From positions 1 through 54,250 of the IMG/VR virus record IMGVR_UViG_3300027589_000005: 54,250 nt of DNA. The stretch is one strand, 5' to 3'. The DNA comes from a virus (Duplodnaviria > Caudoviricetes). Below the pieces are notes generated by a model. That model was given only the letters and a program-made list of their open reading frames with translations. It was not told the origin of the DNA and did not search any database. Below are positions 37,777 to 46,818 of this stretch, piece after piece (the stretch's first letter is position 1; every line of letters starts with the position of its first letter). The position numbers and the translations under genes were made by a program.

Positions 37777-37814
37777 CCATCTGACCACTCGACCCCTCCG
37801 GGGGTCATTTCTTT

Positions 37815-37879
37815 GAGGCAAACCCTTGCTGGCTGTCTGAAGGGTTCAGATTAGCTGGGCGGACTTGCGGTTTGTCCTT
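37815..37879 (+). promoter_or_regulatory. Structured 5' leader, motif B copy 3
   Basis: GCAAACC/GGTTTGT closing helix; CTTGCTGGC-hairpin-GCTGGGCGGAC. Confidence 0.7.
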
Positions 37880-37890
37880 TGGAGTTTGTC

Positions 37891-38151
37891 GTGAGCAAGG
37901 CCAGCGTTGTCCCTGTGATTTTCTTCGACAGCTGGGGCTGGGCGTACGCCACTTGTGAGGGGTCTCACCCCGACGCGTCGGCCTTTGGGCCGACGGGCAT
38001 CGCTCGTCGAATGACCACCGAGGAGTTGTACGACATGGGGCTCTGGTCCGACATCCCGGACCTCCAGCAGTCCCCCTACAACTTCGCCTTCGAGGCAGAC
38101 CGCCTCGAGGAAAAAGAAGAGGAGGGCGACTGGTCCATCCTCAAATCTTAA
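37891..38151 (+). CDS. Small acidic hypothetical protein
   Basis: GGAG then GTG start. Confidence 0.7.
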   Translation: MSKASVVPVIFFDSWGWAYATCEGSHPDASAFGPTGIARRMTTEELYDMGLWSDIPDLQQSPYNFAFEADRLEEKEEEGDWSILKS

Positions 38152-38415
38152 CCAACAACCGGCTACTCGGAGCCGCAATCCGAGTCCCAAGCGGAGGACC
38201 TTGTCCGCTATAGAAATGCCAGGAACCAGCAACCTCACTACGATAAGTGGTGGGGTTGTTTCTTTCTATAAATAGTTGTGCCCTTAGGGAATATTGGTGG
38301 CGCGCCACTCGTTGCACATAACAAGGCCACGCCATTCTTCCTCCTTATCGGCACTTCTCTTGCCCTTTCAGGGACATGTTCCGCCCCTCGGGCTTAGGTG
38401 CTTTGGAGGTAAGCG

Positions 38416-38586
38416 ATGATCGAGTGTCCGTGGTGCAAGGGGACTGACCGGCTGTGTCAGTCCGATCCAGGCATCGTGATGTGCCTGAACTGTTCAGATT
38501 CTTTCGAGGGGAGCCTGTCCCCAGAACAGGCGTTCGTGGTCCATCCCCCGGAGACGGTCACCGAGGATGCTGACATTCCTTGGTAG
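38416..38586 (+). CDS. 56-aa Zn-ribbon protein with acidic DIPW tail (not in ORF track)
   Basis: GGAGGT RBS; MIECPWCKG...MCLNCS...EDADIPW. Confidence 0.75.
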   Translation: MIECPWCKGTDRLCQSDPGIVMCLNCSDSFEGSLSPEQAFVVHPPETVTEDADIPW

Positions 38587-38617
38587 TGGCACGCCCCCTT
38601 CGGGGGTTTAGTTCATT

Positions 38618-38810
38618 GAGGGGTCCGCAGCCACCTCTCTGAAGGGCCTACAAATAGTAGGTCGCGAAGCTGCGGGTTCGGGGCACGCGCACCCGAACGT
38701 CAGGATGTGGTCGTGGCGCGACCGGCCAGGTATGTTGGTACGGGGTTCATCCTCCCGCTTTACACCAACGTATCGAAGAACTCCCCCCACGGCCGTGGGG
38801 GGAGTTTAGT
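38618..38810 (+). ncRNA. Candidate structured RNA
   Basis: Promoter motif to terminator; no RBS-led ORF. Confidence 0.5.
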
Positions 38811-38878
38811 TTCCCAATAAATAGTGACATGCCAAATCCTCTCCTCACTGGCATTCGCCCTTCGGGCTTGGGTTCGTT

Positions 38879-39168
38879 GGAGATTGAACTGGCGAGTTCA
38901 GTCTTCTGCAGAGACGCATTACCGCCTCCTCCTAAAGGAGGTAATGGTCTTAGAAGGTCGTGACACCAATCACGACTGGCGCTCTGCATAAGCACCACCT
39001 GAGGGCAACTCCCAGCCGGTGCGAACGCCTCCCTCTCCTGGCCTGGTAAGCTGGGGAAGGGTGAAATGTTCCTGGCCTGAGAAGCCAGGTCTGCAAGCCG
39101 AGCCCACTGGGTGAGGACGCTTGCATTGCCGCGCGACTGGGTGATGTTCTCTCGGTTTCGCAATCTCC
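38879..39168 (+). ncRNA. Candidate structured RNA of about 290 nt
   Basis: Begins at the motif +1; GGAGATTG pairs with CAATCTCC just before the terminator. Confidence 0.65.
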
Positions 39169-39307
39169 AAGAGGCCCCCGCGAGGGGGCCTCTTGTTTCT
39201 TCAATAAATAGTTGCGCCAAACTTCCCCCTCTTCTAAGGGCCCAGGTTCAAGTTACCACGTCTATTCGTAGTAGTCCTTCATTGGCCCTTCGGGCCGTGC
39301 GTTCTAT

Positions 39308-39549
39308 GGAGGATGCTCAACACAGCTCCATGGCTACTTAGCCCGGGGTCCGATGTACAGCCCCATCCTTAGTGGAGCGGTGTTGTGGCGTCCCCCTTCT
39401 CCTGTGCCTCTGGTCGTAGGCCCCCGGTGTTTCCGCCACCGGGGGCCTCCCATTGAGGTACGTTGCACACTCCAGGCTCTTCTGGTTTGTTGTGCCTTGT
39501 TGTATCTCCAGGTTTGACTGGACGGGCTCCGCTTTAGGCGGGGCCCTTT
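39308..39549 (+). ncRNA. Candidate structured RNA
   Basis: Begins at the motif +1 with a long irregular hairpin (39308-39395). Confidence 0.5.
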
Positions 39550-39676
39550 ATAATCTATTGGTATGACTGGAGTGCCCTTAGGGGATAATGGGTGGCCGCC
39601 AAATAAATACTGAGCTCCGCCAAATCCCTTCTTATAGACAAAATGCCCTTCGGGCCTTCATTCGCTGGAGGTCAAC

Positions 39677-40018
39677 ATGCTCGTCACTGCAACGTCAGCA
39701 AGCATCGAAGGTGTGGCTTATGGCCACCCCGGTGTCTCTGGGTTCAACTGGCCCATCACAAACCCCGATCCCAGCCACACCGGGGTGCAAGTGCGGCGCC
39801 AATGGGCGCAACAAATGTATCAAGCCATCTACGAATGGTTTGTTACCTTCGGGGACTTCAACGGGGCGCAGGGGTACCCGGAGAAAATCCGAGCCATGTG
39901 CGAGAGTCAAAGAGAGATCGTAGATCATGAGCGGGACATCCAGAGCCTGCTTAACACGATGCCCTGGATCGAGAACAATGGTCGTGGGTTCGTCCCCAAT
40001 CCCGGTTATGATTGCTAA
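39677..40018 (+). CDS. Hypothetical protein
   Basis: GGAGG RBS directly after the promoter motif. Confidence 0.75.
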   Translation: MLVTATSASIEGVAYGHPGVSGFNWPITNPDPSHTGVQVRRQWAQQMYQAIYEWFVTFGDFNGAQGYPEKIRAMCESQREIVDHERDIQSLLNTMPWIENNGRGFVPNPGYDC

Positions 40019-40163
40019 GTCCACAGAGGGTCGTCACATAAGTGGCGGCCCTCTTTCTTTCCTAATAAATATCTCATCACCCGAATCCTCTCTAGGGGCC
40101 AACACGCTTCGCTTAGTTAGTTCTATGAACATTTATTGGGTCTATAGGCCCGTAGGAGCAAAT

Positions 40164-40505
40164 ATGAGCGCGACTTCTTTCAATGGCGGCCGTCACTTCA
40201 CCAGCGATTCGGCACGGGGCGTTGGCCTGGCCACCTGGGCTCTCCAGGGCTTCAAGGCCCACACCGCCATGTACCACGCCTCCAAGTCCAAGAGAGACTT
40301 TGAGGCCTACATGCGGCGAGTCCTGCCCCAGGGGGCGTTCTTGGTGGACGCCCGATGGAGTGAGGAGAACGAAACCTTGGGCTTCGAGCTTGAGTGTGTC
40401 TTCAAGGATGCTCGGATTTGGGCGGACTTTGGGATCCGCCCAGACGGTCGGGAGATCAAGATCACTGGCTGGGAGGGGGACTTCGATCCCAACGCCACCA
40501 AGTGA
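40164..40505 (+). CDS. Hypothetical protein
   Basis: AGGAG RBS; followed by a terminator. Confidence 0.7.
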   Translation: MSATSFNGGRHFTSDSARGVGLATWALQGFKAHTAMYHASKSKRDFEAYMRRVLPQGAFLVDARWSEENETLGFELECVFKDARIWADFGIRPDGREIKITGWEGDFDPNATK

Positions 40506-40562
40506 TCTACGGCCCCCGAAAGGGGGCCTTTGTTTCGGTCCCCCTTCGGGGGTCGGTTCTAT

Positions 40563-40740
40563 GAGAGGGCTCCTTTCTGGAGTTCTACTAAACGAGTGCA
40601 GGAGACGACCGTTGATATGACTTCGAGGCAAAGGTTCCACTCCCGCCTCGCCCAAAAGGGATAAGTGAGCTTGATCACCTCACGAGGAACGTCGATAGTC
40701 AAGGATGAAACAAAGGCTCCCGCAAGGGGGCCTCTTGTTT
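40563..40740 (+). ncRNA. Candidate small RNA
   Basis: Promoter motif to terminator; no RBS-led ORF. Confidence 0.45.
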
Positions 40741-40818
40741 CATAATAAATAAAGCGCCACCATATTCTTCCTTACCGGCCAATGGAGCTTCGCTCTTCTG
40801 TTCCAAGGAGGTGATTCC

Positions 40819-41127
40819 ATGAAGTTCCGGACGTCAGGTTACCCCTACCACAAGGAAGTGACTGAAGCCTTGTCCACCTTGAACGTGGATGAGCTTTGGG
40901 ACTTCTCCCAGCACGCCAAGGCGATCGTCCAAAAGATCGCCGGGGATGACTTGAACATCAAGGAGGTCTTGTTCCGCCCCTCGTTTGGCTGGGGGCGTTC
41001 CATCACCATCACGGGACATTACAAAGGTCCCGACCACCGCTTCGTCGCGCGCCTCTGGGATAACGAGGCCACCTACTTCTACGAGTACCAGCACGAAGCT
41101 GGTCTTGGTTGGCTGGGAGGAAGCTAA
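40819..41127 (+). CDS. Hypothetical protein
   Basis: AAGGAGGT RBS. Confidence 0.75.
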   Translation: MKFRTSGYPYHKEVTEALSTLNVDELWDFSQHAKAIVQKIAGDDLNIKEVLFRPSFGWGRSITITGHYKGPDHRFVARLWDNEATYFYEYQHEAGLGWLGGS

Positions 41128-41128
41128 T

Positions 41129-41398
41129 ATGTTTGAGCAGTGGAAGGTAGCTTACAGGGACTTCAGTGACGAGGAGCAAGCCACTCCCAACTGGAGTGAA
41201 GAGTCTCCCGCTGAGGAGTGTGTCTTCGCACTGGGAGGACTGGAAGCTTGCAAGCTCCTTATCCCCAGGTACGTGGGAGAGTGGGCGATCTTGCGCCGGC
41301 ACGAAGGCGGCTCCTGGCAATGCATGGAGTCTGTCGGGGGCGTGGAGGAAGAACTCTACATGCTCTTGATGGAGGACATGGAGAGCTTGGAAAGCTGA
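41129..41398 (+). CDS. Small acidic hypothetical protein
   Basis: GGAGG RBS; coupled to the upstream gene. Confidence 0.7.
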   Translation: MFEQWKVAYRDFSDEEQATPNWSEESPAEECVFALGGLEACKLLIPRYVGEWAILRRHEGGSWQCMESVGGVEEELYMLLMEDMESLES

Positions 41399-41716
41399 CT
41401 TAAGGGCTGTCACCTGTAATGGGTGGCGGCCCTTATATTCCTTCTACAGTTCATTACAATCTTATTAGAGCTTACATAGAGTAATAAATGAATGTGCCTA
41501 TAGAGGGAAAGTAGGCGCGCCCATACTCCCTTCTACGGGCCCTGGCGTGACTCCGCCAATATGACACTCCTTGGCCCTTCGGGCCTTTGTTTCTTCGGAG
41601 GATGAACTCCGCCTTCCAGACCTTCCATGAGTCGGTCCCGGGCATGTGATCCTTCCATAAGCTGAGGTCCCTTCACTCAAAAGGTGAGGGGACCTTTCAC
41701 TCTCCAGGAGCAAGCA

Positions 41717-41968
41717 ATGAACGAGAACAAGAAGCTCTCTCCAGAGGAAGAAGAGCTCCGGCAAACGATCATCGAAATGAGCGCGTTTGAAATCTTCCAT
41801 CTGATCGCTCAGGTCAGCAAGTGGACTCATCTCGGGAAGAAGGAGAGAGCGCTCGATATCATCGAAATGGCAATCCGCGAACGGGCTCACATCCTGAAGG
41901 AGCGTGCCAAGGCTTCTCCTTCCGAAGAGATCCCGAAGCTTCTCCCCTTCACCTCGGAGTGGCAGTAG
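41717..41968 (+). CDS. Small helical hypothetical protein
   Basis: AGGAG RBS after a structured leader; followed by a terminator. Confidence 0.7.
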   Translation: MNENKKLSPEEEELRQTIIEMSAFEIFHLIAQVSKWTHLGKKERALDIIEMAIRERAHILKERAKASPSEEIPKLLPFTSEWQ

Positions 41969-42566
41969 TAAGCCAGGCCCCTTAGGGGGCCTTTAGTTTC
42001 TCTCTATATATAGTGGCCGTTAGTAGTAGTAAGGGGTCGCGCCAAACATTCGTAAACTACGAATACTATATATAGAGAAGATGTCTTGTAATAAGTCGGC
42101 GGCAACCCAAATACCCCAAACAACATATAGAGATACATTACTCTATATAGCCAAAACACCAAATACCATATAGAGGAGAGGATTGGTTGGCTTGTGGAGT
42201 CATAGCTAATAGATAGAACACACCAAAAACCAGTGACCCCCCAGGGTCACGAGTGTGAACTACCCCTCTTGGAATGCACGGTTTGAATCCAACCCCGAGA
42301 AAAAAAAGAGTCGGTACCTCCGTACCTCGGGGGTCAGCAAAACGAGAATGACGTGATTTCGTTCCAATATATAGTCATGGCCCGTAAGAGTAGTGTGAGT
42401 TTGGCGGCAACCAATATTCATATAGACAATACATATAGAGAAGAGAACAAAGGAACCAATCCTATCCTAAGGGCAAGATACATATAGCAGCACAAGCCAA
42501 CTGGTGAGAAGTGCGTGTAGCACGAGAGAGAATATGTTTATGTTTATTTATTGTTGGGATGGTACC

Positions 42567-42616
42567 AGGTATCACTACACCTCCAAGAGGTATCACTACA
42601 CCTCCAAGAGGTATCA
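42567..42616. repeat. 21-bp tandem repeat, about 2.4 copies
   Basis: AGGTATCACTACACCTCCAAG twice, then AGGTATCA. Confidence 0.9.
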
Positions 42617-42811
42617 AGCCCACTCCAAGGAGTACCACTCCAGACAACTACATCCCAACTACTATACACATTCCATTGTCTCTTTGTTACTTATATGTTC
42701 TATATGGTTGGCCGTTAAGGAGAAAATATGGTGCCGCCACTTGTTACAAGAGAAGGGCATTGCTGCCCTTCGGGTTCTGTTCTTTGCTACCGTACAGCCT
42801 AAGGAGGCTAC

Positions 42812-43129
42812 GTGGAAAAGTGGGAAGCACGGCAGTTCATCACTGCCATTGTCAGGGAATCTGATGACGATCAGGTAGTCGAGGATACTTACCAGGCCTT
42901 GTTGGCTGATGGAGAACCCGAAGTCATTGGTTCTCTCATTTACGAGTTGGTGTGCGCCGCTTGTTGTGCGTGGCACCAAGTTCCTAAGTGGAGGGAGCGA
43001 CTTTCCGTTTACCTTTACGGGCCTGAATGGCTCGAGTATATCGATGCTGAACTTCAGCATCAGATTGAACTCCGTAAGAAACCTACTCCCCAAGAGGTGG
43101 AGTATGGGAAAACCTTTGACTCTCCATAA
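42812..43129 (+). CDS. Hypothetical protein
   Basis: AAGGAGG then GTG start. Confidence 0.75.
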   Translation: MEKWEARQFITAIVRESDDDQVVEDTYQALLADGEPEVIGSLIYELVCAACCAWHQVPKWRERLSVYLYGPEWLEYIDAELQHQIELRKKPTPQEVEYGKTFDSP

Positions 43130-43184
43130 ACGCAGTGCCCTTCGGGTTCTGTTCTCTGGTTCACCCCAACAAAGGAGCCACTAC

Positions 43185-43352
43185 ATGGACCAAACCCGAA
43201 TCCAAAGACTGAAGGCACAAGCAGACGATGACATCGACAGTGCGTTGTGCTGGACACTCGTCGTCGGGTTCGCGCTAATGCTTGCCGCCACTATCAACAA
43301 AGCATGTAGCGAAGAACCAAAGCGTCACGACACAGCATCTCACCACCAATGA
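43185..43352 (+). CDS. Small membrane protein
   Basis: AAGGAG RBS; one hydrophobic helix. Confidence 0.65.
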   Translation: MDQTRIQRLKAQADDDIDSALCWTLVVGFALMLAATINKACSEEPKRHDTASHHQ

Positions 43353-43441
43353 TCATGCTCTGTCGCCAGTGCTATCTCCCAGCAGTTATTAGCGTCCCTT
43401 ACATCGGCTACGTCTGTCTTTCGTGCTTCTGGAGGCAATGA
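43349..43441 (+). CDS. 30-aa CxxC...CxxC micropeptide
   Basis: MIMLCRQC...VCLSCFWRQ; ATGA overlaps at both ends. Confidence 0.5.
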   Translation: MIMLCRQCYLPAVISVPYIGYVCLSCFWRQ

Positions 43442-43707
43442 TGCGATACCTACAGTGTCCCAGGTGCGACGAGATCGATCTCGTCGTTGAGATGGATGGA
43501 GAAGGGACCTGCGCTGTTTGCCACACCACATTCGACGCACCCGACAATATCCCTGTCCCATGCTCATGCACAGAGTTCTGCATTTGCAATGAATGTATTG
43601 GCGCCAAACTCTACATGTATGAAAAAGGCGTCCCTCCAGAAGATATGGGTGCCCTTGATAAATGGGAAGCAGAAGAAGAACTGCGCCACATCAACAAGGA
43701 CATCTAA
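43438..43707 (+). CDS. Cys-rich Zn-finger protein
   Basis: CPRC, CAVC and CSC...CICNEC; GGAGG RBS. Confidence 0.7.
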   Translation: MMRYLQCPRCDEIDLVVEMDGEGTCAVCHTTFDAPDNIPVPCSCTEFCICNECIGAKLYMYEKGVPPEDMGALDKWEAEEELRHINKDI

Positions 43708-43797
43708 CGTATAGCCGCATTCCGCGGCTTCTATTACCTCCTTACGGGCACACCCCCTTCGGGGGTATGTTCTTTAGCACCTAACAAAAGGGCCTCC

Positions 43798-44250
43798 ATG
43801 GAAAACCCAGCAAAGTTCCACCCCGTAATCCTATGGGGTGACATCAAAAGGGCGGAGAACAGTCTATTGCCCTTGCTTGAGCGGTATGGCAAGACAAAGC
43901 TGGTCTTCACCAGAGACCTCATAACGCTGGGCATGTACCTGAAGGCATTGGAGAAGCAAGTCGCCTATCCAAATGTCTTGGTCGTCACAGATGTGAGGAT
44001 CGAAAAGGTCGGCGCCAACATTATTGACATCTCCTCATTCCCCGTTCTTATCGGCCCACTTGCCGGTAAGGAGTACGGCTATTACGATGGTGATTGGCAC
44101 GCCTGTACAACCATCGGAGAGTTGAAAGACAAGGTACCGCGCAACGCGACTGCGCTGTGGACCCCACAAGGCACAACCTACAACTTCCCATCAGTGCTTG
44201 GTCATCACTTGTCCTGCAACGGCGAGTGTGAAGACAAATGCTGGTGGTAG
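43798..44250 (+). CDS. Hypothetical protein
   Basis: 150 aa following a promoter motif. Confidence 0.65.
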   Translation: MENPAKFHPVILWGDIKRAENSLLPLLERYGKTKLVFTRDLITLGMYLKALEKQVAYPNVLVVTDVRIEKVGANIIDISSFPVLIGPLAGKEYGYYDGDWHACTTIGELKDKVPRNATALWTPQGTTYNFPSVLGHHLSCNGECEDKCWW

Positions 44251-44266
44251 ACGATCAGGAGCTTAA

Positions 44267-44479
44267 ATGAACTTTGACATCTTCACGCTGCTGTTCTGCG
44301 GCGCTGTGACCGTCACAACAGGAGCGAGTCTTATGCTCCACATCAATGACCAAGCGAACCACAAAAAGGGCCTTATGCTCTTCGCGGCGTTCACGATGGC
44401 TTGGTGGAACTTCAGCCTCTCTCTCGTCAACTACACCAAGGCAACAAAAGATACCATGGCTGAAGAGTCCGCGCCATGA
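44267..44479 (+). CDS. Small two-TM membrane protein
   Basis: AGGAG RBS; hydrophobic. Confidence 0.7.
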   Translation: MNFDIFTLLFCGAVTVTTGASLMLHINDQANHKKGLMLFAAFTMAWWNFSLSLVNYTKATKDTMAEESAP

Positions 44480-44550
44480 TTGATGGCGCTGCCCACTATC
44501 AGTAATCTCCAACCGGACCCCTTCGGGGGTCCTTTCTTTAGGAGGCATTC

Positions 44551-44841
44551 ATGGAAAGCTTCAAATTCCCTATCATCACGTCAGCAATCCTTTGCCCCGT
44601 CGCGTATCTCGGAGCGGAACTGTTGGGCCACAGCCCCCTCTTCTGCTTGTTGACTACCTGCCACCTCTGGATGGGCATCTGGTCAATCCGAGTAGTCCAG
44701 GAACTGCCGCAAAAGTGGCAGTTCTGGACGCTCCTTCTCACCACCACCATCATTGGCCTGCTCCAGGGAGTGTCCGTAGAGTACGGATGGGCCGATGATA
44801 TCAACAACTACATCTCCGGCGACTACCGGAACTTCAAATAG
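44551..44841 (+). CDS. Membrane protein
   Basis: AGGAGG RBS; about three hydrophobic helices. Confidence 0.75.
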   Translation: MESFKFPIITSAILCPVAYLGAELLGHSPLFCLLTTCHLWMGIWSIRVVQELPQKWQFWTLLLTTTIIGLLQGVSVEYGWADDINNYISGDYRNFK

Positions 44842-44850
44842 GAGGTTTCA

Positions 44851-45147
44851 ATGAACTACAAACTGGAAATCAACGCCTCGTCAGAGTTCATCGGCAAGGT
44901 AGCTGTCTTCATTTGCATGGTGGCAGTCCTCTTCGGAGGGGACCTGTACTTCTACGAGGGGTACGAAGAGATCCGGATGCTCAACGCGTCCATCGCCATC
45001 CTGACCATGATGCCTCTGATCAGCAGCTGGAGCTTCTGGTCGTGCATCGGCTTCTCGTTCATTTACACCAGTTTCTACACGGGACTGGTGTCGTTCACGA
45101 CTGAGTTTCTCTTCGCAGAGAAGTTGGTCGCCCTCTTCGGCCTCTGA
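44851..45147 (+). CDS. Membrane protein
   Basis: AGGAGG RBS; about three hydrophobic helices. Confidence 0.75.
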   Translation: MNYKLEINASSEFIGKVAVFICMVAVLFGGDLYFYEGYEEIRMLNASIAILTMMPLISSWSFWSCIGFSFIYTSFYTGLVSFTTEFLFAEKLVALFGL

Positions 45148-45180
45148 GCCTGCTGGGGCCCTTCGGGCCTTCTGTTCTCT

Positions 45181-45538
45181 GGAGGTAAGGCTGTCCCACC
45201 GCCGATACGACGTGGCGCCCAATGTGGTAGCCTTACGCGGATCGTAGCAGGGTTCTACAGAACCGACAGCCCTACCTCCTTCCCCACAACGCCGCAGTAT
45301 CGTGCTCCGGCGAAGCCCTTGCGCTCCACGACTAACCGCGCCGACGACACATCGCCAGTGTCTCGGGCAAAGCGCTAAGCAGCGCGCCGTCAGGAGGCGG
45401 TGACCATGATGCTGTAAACGTCATGACTTACCGTGAAGACTGATTAGGATCCGCTAAGAATCGCGGTGAAACTTCGGTCTGATAGAAAGAAAACAAACAA
45501 AAGAGCCCCGTCCAGCGAAAGCTGGGCGGGGTTTCTTT
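45181..45538 (+). ncRNA. Candidate structured RNA of about 350 nt
   Basis: Starts at the motif +1; GGAGGTA pairs with TACCTCC (45273-45279); ends in a GAAA-loop terminator. Confidence 0.55.
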
Positions 45539-45725
45539 ACCCCTGGACCTCGGAGAAACAATGGCAAAAGGTTGCTACATCCCCCTCTTGGCAATGGCTG
45601 CTTGTTGGCCTACTTGCGGGGCACAATGGCCGAGCTGGCAGACGATCCAGAAATATGGTCCTGTCGGTATGCCCCCTTCCAAAAACAAGAAGAAGAAGGG
45701 TAAGAGCGCCCGTAGAAGAAAATAA

Positions 45726-46199
45726 ATGACTCTACCCATTCCACTAGAAGATGGCACAACACACATCAACATTTACACACGAGGACAGACTACGCTGGGG
45801 CGTTGGCTATCAAACCTCGCCAACGTAAAGGTCACTATTAACAACGTGACCTTCCGAAGCCTGGAAAACTATTGGTTCTGGCTTCAAGCAAACGAAGAAG
45901 CCAAACCATTCCTCGTTAGCTGTCCTCCATTCGACGCCAAAAACTACTTCAAACATCATCCCGAACACAGGATCCCCCAAGATCCTTCTTTCGAGGAAAA
46001 CATCAAGCAGGCAATGAAGCACAAACTTCATCAGCATCCTGACATGGCCAAGGTGTTTGCGGCGTCCACCCTGCCATTCGCTCACTACTACCAATATGGC
46101 GGAAAACCTGTCCCCGCTGGCTACGATTGGATCGTAGAACATTGGGAGGAAACCAGGTCAAACCCAAAGTTCCAAGCATGGGTGAACTCCTACCAGTAG
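45726..46199 (+). CDS. NADAR-like (YbiA/DUF1768 superfamily) protein
   Basis: LGRWLSNLA...FRSLENYW...AMKHKLHQHP matches the phage NADAR pattern. Confidence 0.7.
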   Translation: MTLPIPLEDGTTHINIYTRGQTTLGRWLSNLANVKVTINNVTFRSLENYWFWLQANEEAKPFLVSCPPFDAKNYFKHHPEHRIPQDPSFEENIKQAMKHKLHQHPDMAKVFAASTLPFAHYYQYGGKPVPAGYDWIVEHWEETRSNPKFQAWVNSYQ

Positions 46200-46231
46200 G
46201 CTTCGCCTCTGGTTTCCCTGGGAGGTAGGCT

Positions 46232-46780
46232 ATGAACATGACCTACGCAGGGATCGGGAGTCGTGAAACTCCACCCGAGATCCTGGAACTAATGAAAAAG
46301 CTGGCCGAGAGGCTTGGTCAGCTTGGGTTCACCCTCAGATCGGGCGGAGCCAAAGGCGCAGATACAGCCTTCGAACGTGGAGCTCTCGGGAAGCATTCCG
46401 GCGAAATCTATTACGTCGATAGCTATGGATGCTTCGTCGGGTTCGACAAAGAGATGAACACATACAAACCGGCAGCTATCAACGCTGGTATGGAGTTGTT
46501 TCGGGAATACCACCCAGCGCCCTATAGGTGTAGTGATTACGCGGCCAAACTCCACTGCCGCAACGCCTTCATCCTCTTAGGGGCAGACCTACCTAACTCC
46601 CCTGATCCGGTAGACTTCATTATCTGCTGGACCAAAGACGGAGGAGCGACTGGTGGCACCGGCCAAGCATTGCGGATTGCCAATGCGTATCACATCCCAG
46701 TATTCAACTTGTTCTTCCCAGACGCTATCACACGCCTGGGCGAGTTCTTGAAGTCCAAGAAAATCCCTGGACTCAAGTGA
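46232..46780 (+). CDS. SLOG superfamily (DprA/Smf-like Rossmann) protein
   Basis: YAGIGSRETP, LRSGGAKGAD, RN, GGTGQALRIA and IPVFNL. Confidence 0.85.
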   Translation: MNMTYAGIGSRETPPEILELMKKLAERLGQLGFTLRSGGAKGADTAFERGALGKHSGEIYYVDSYGCFVGFDKEMNTYKPAAINAGMELFREYHPAPYRCSDYAAKLHCRNAFILLGADLPNSPDPVDFIICWTKDGGATGGTGQALRIANAYHIPVFNLFFPDAITRLGEFLKSKKIPGLK

Positions 46781-46818
46781 CTCTCAGGCCCCTTCGGGGG
46801 CCTTTAGTTCCTTAGGAG

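Noticed and set aside
42567-42660. CRISPR array
   Set aside because: The repeats are directly adjacent with no unique spacers, and no cas genes are present in the window.
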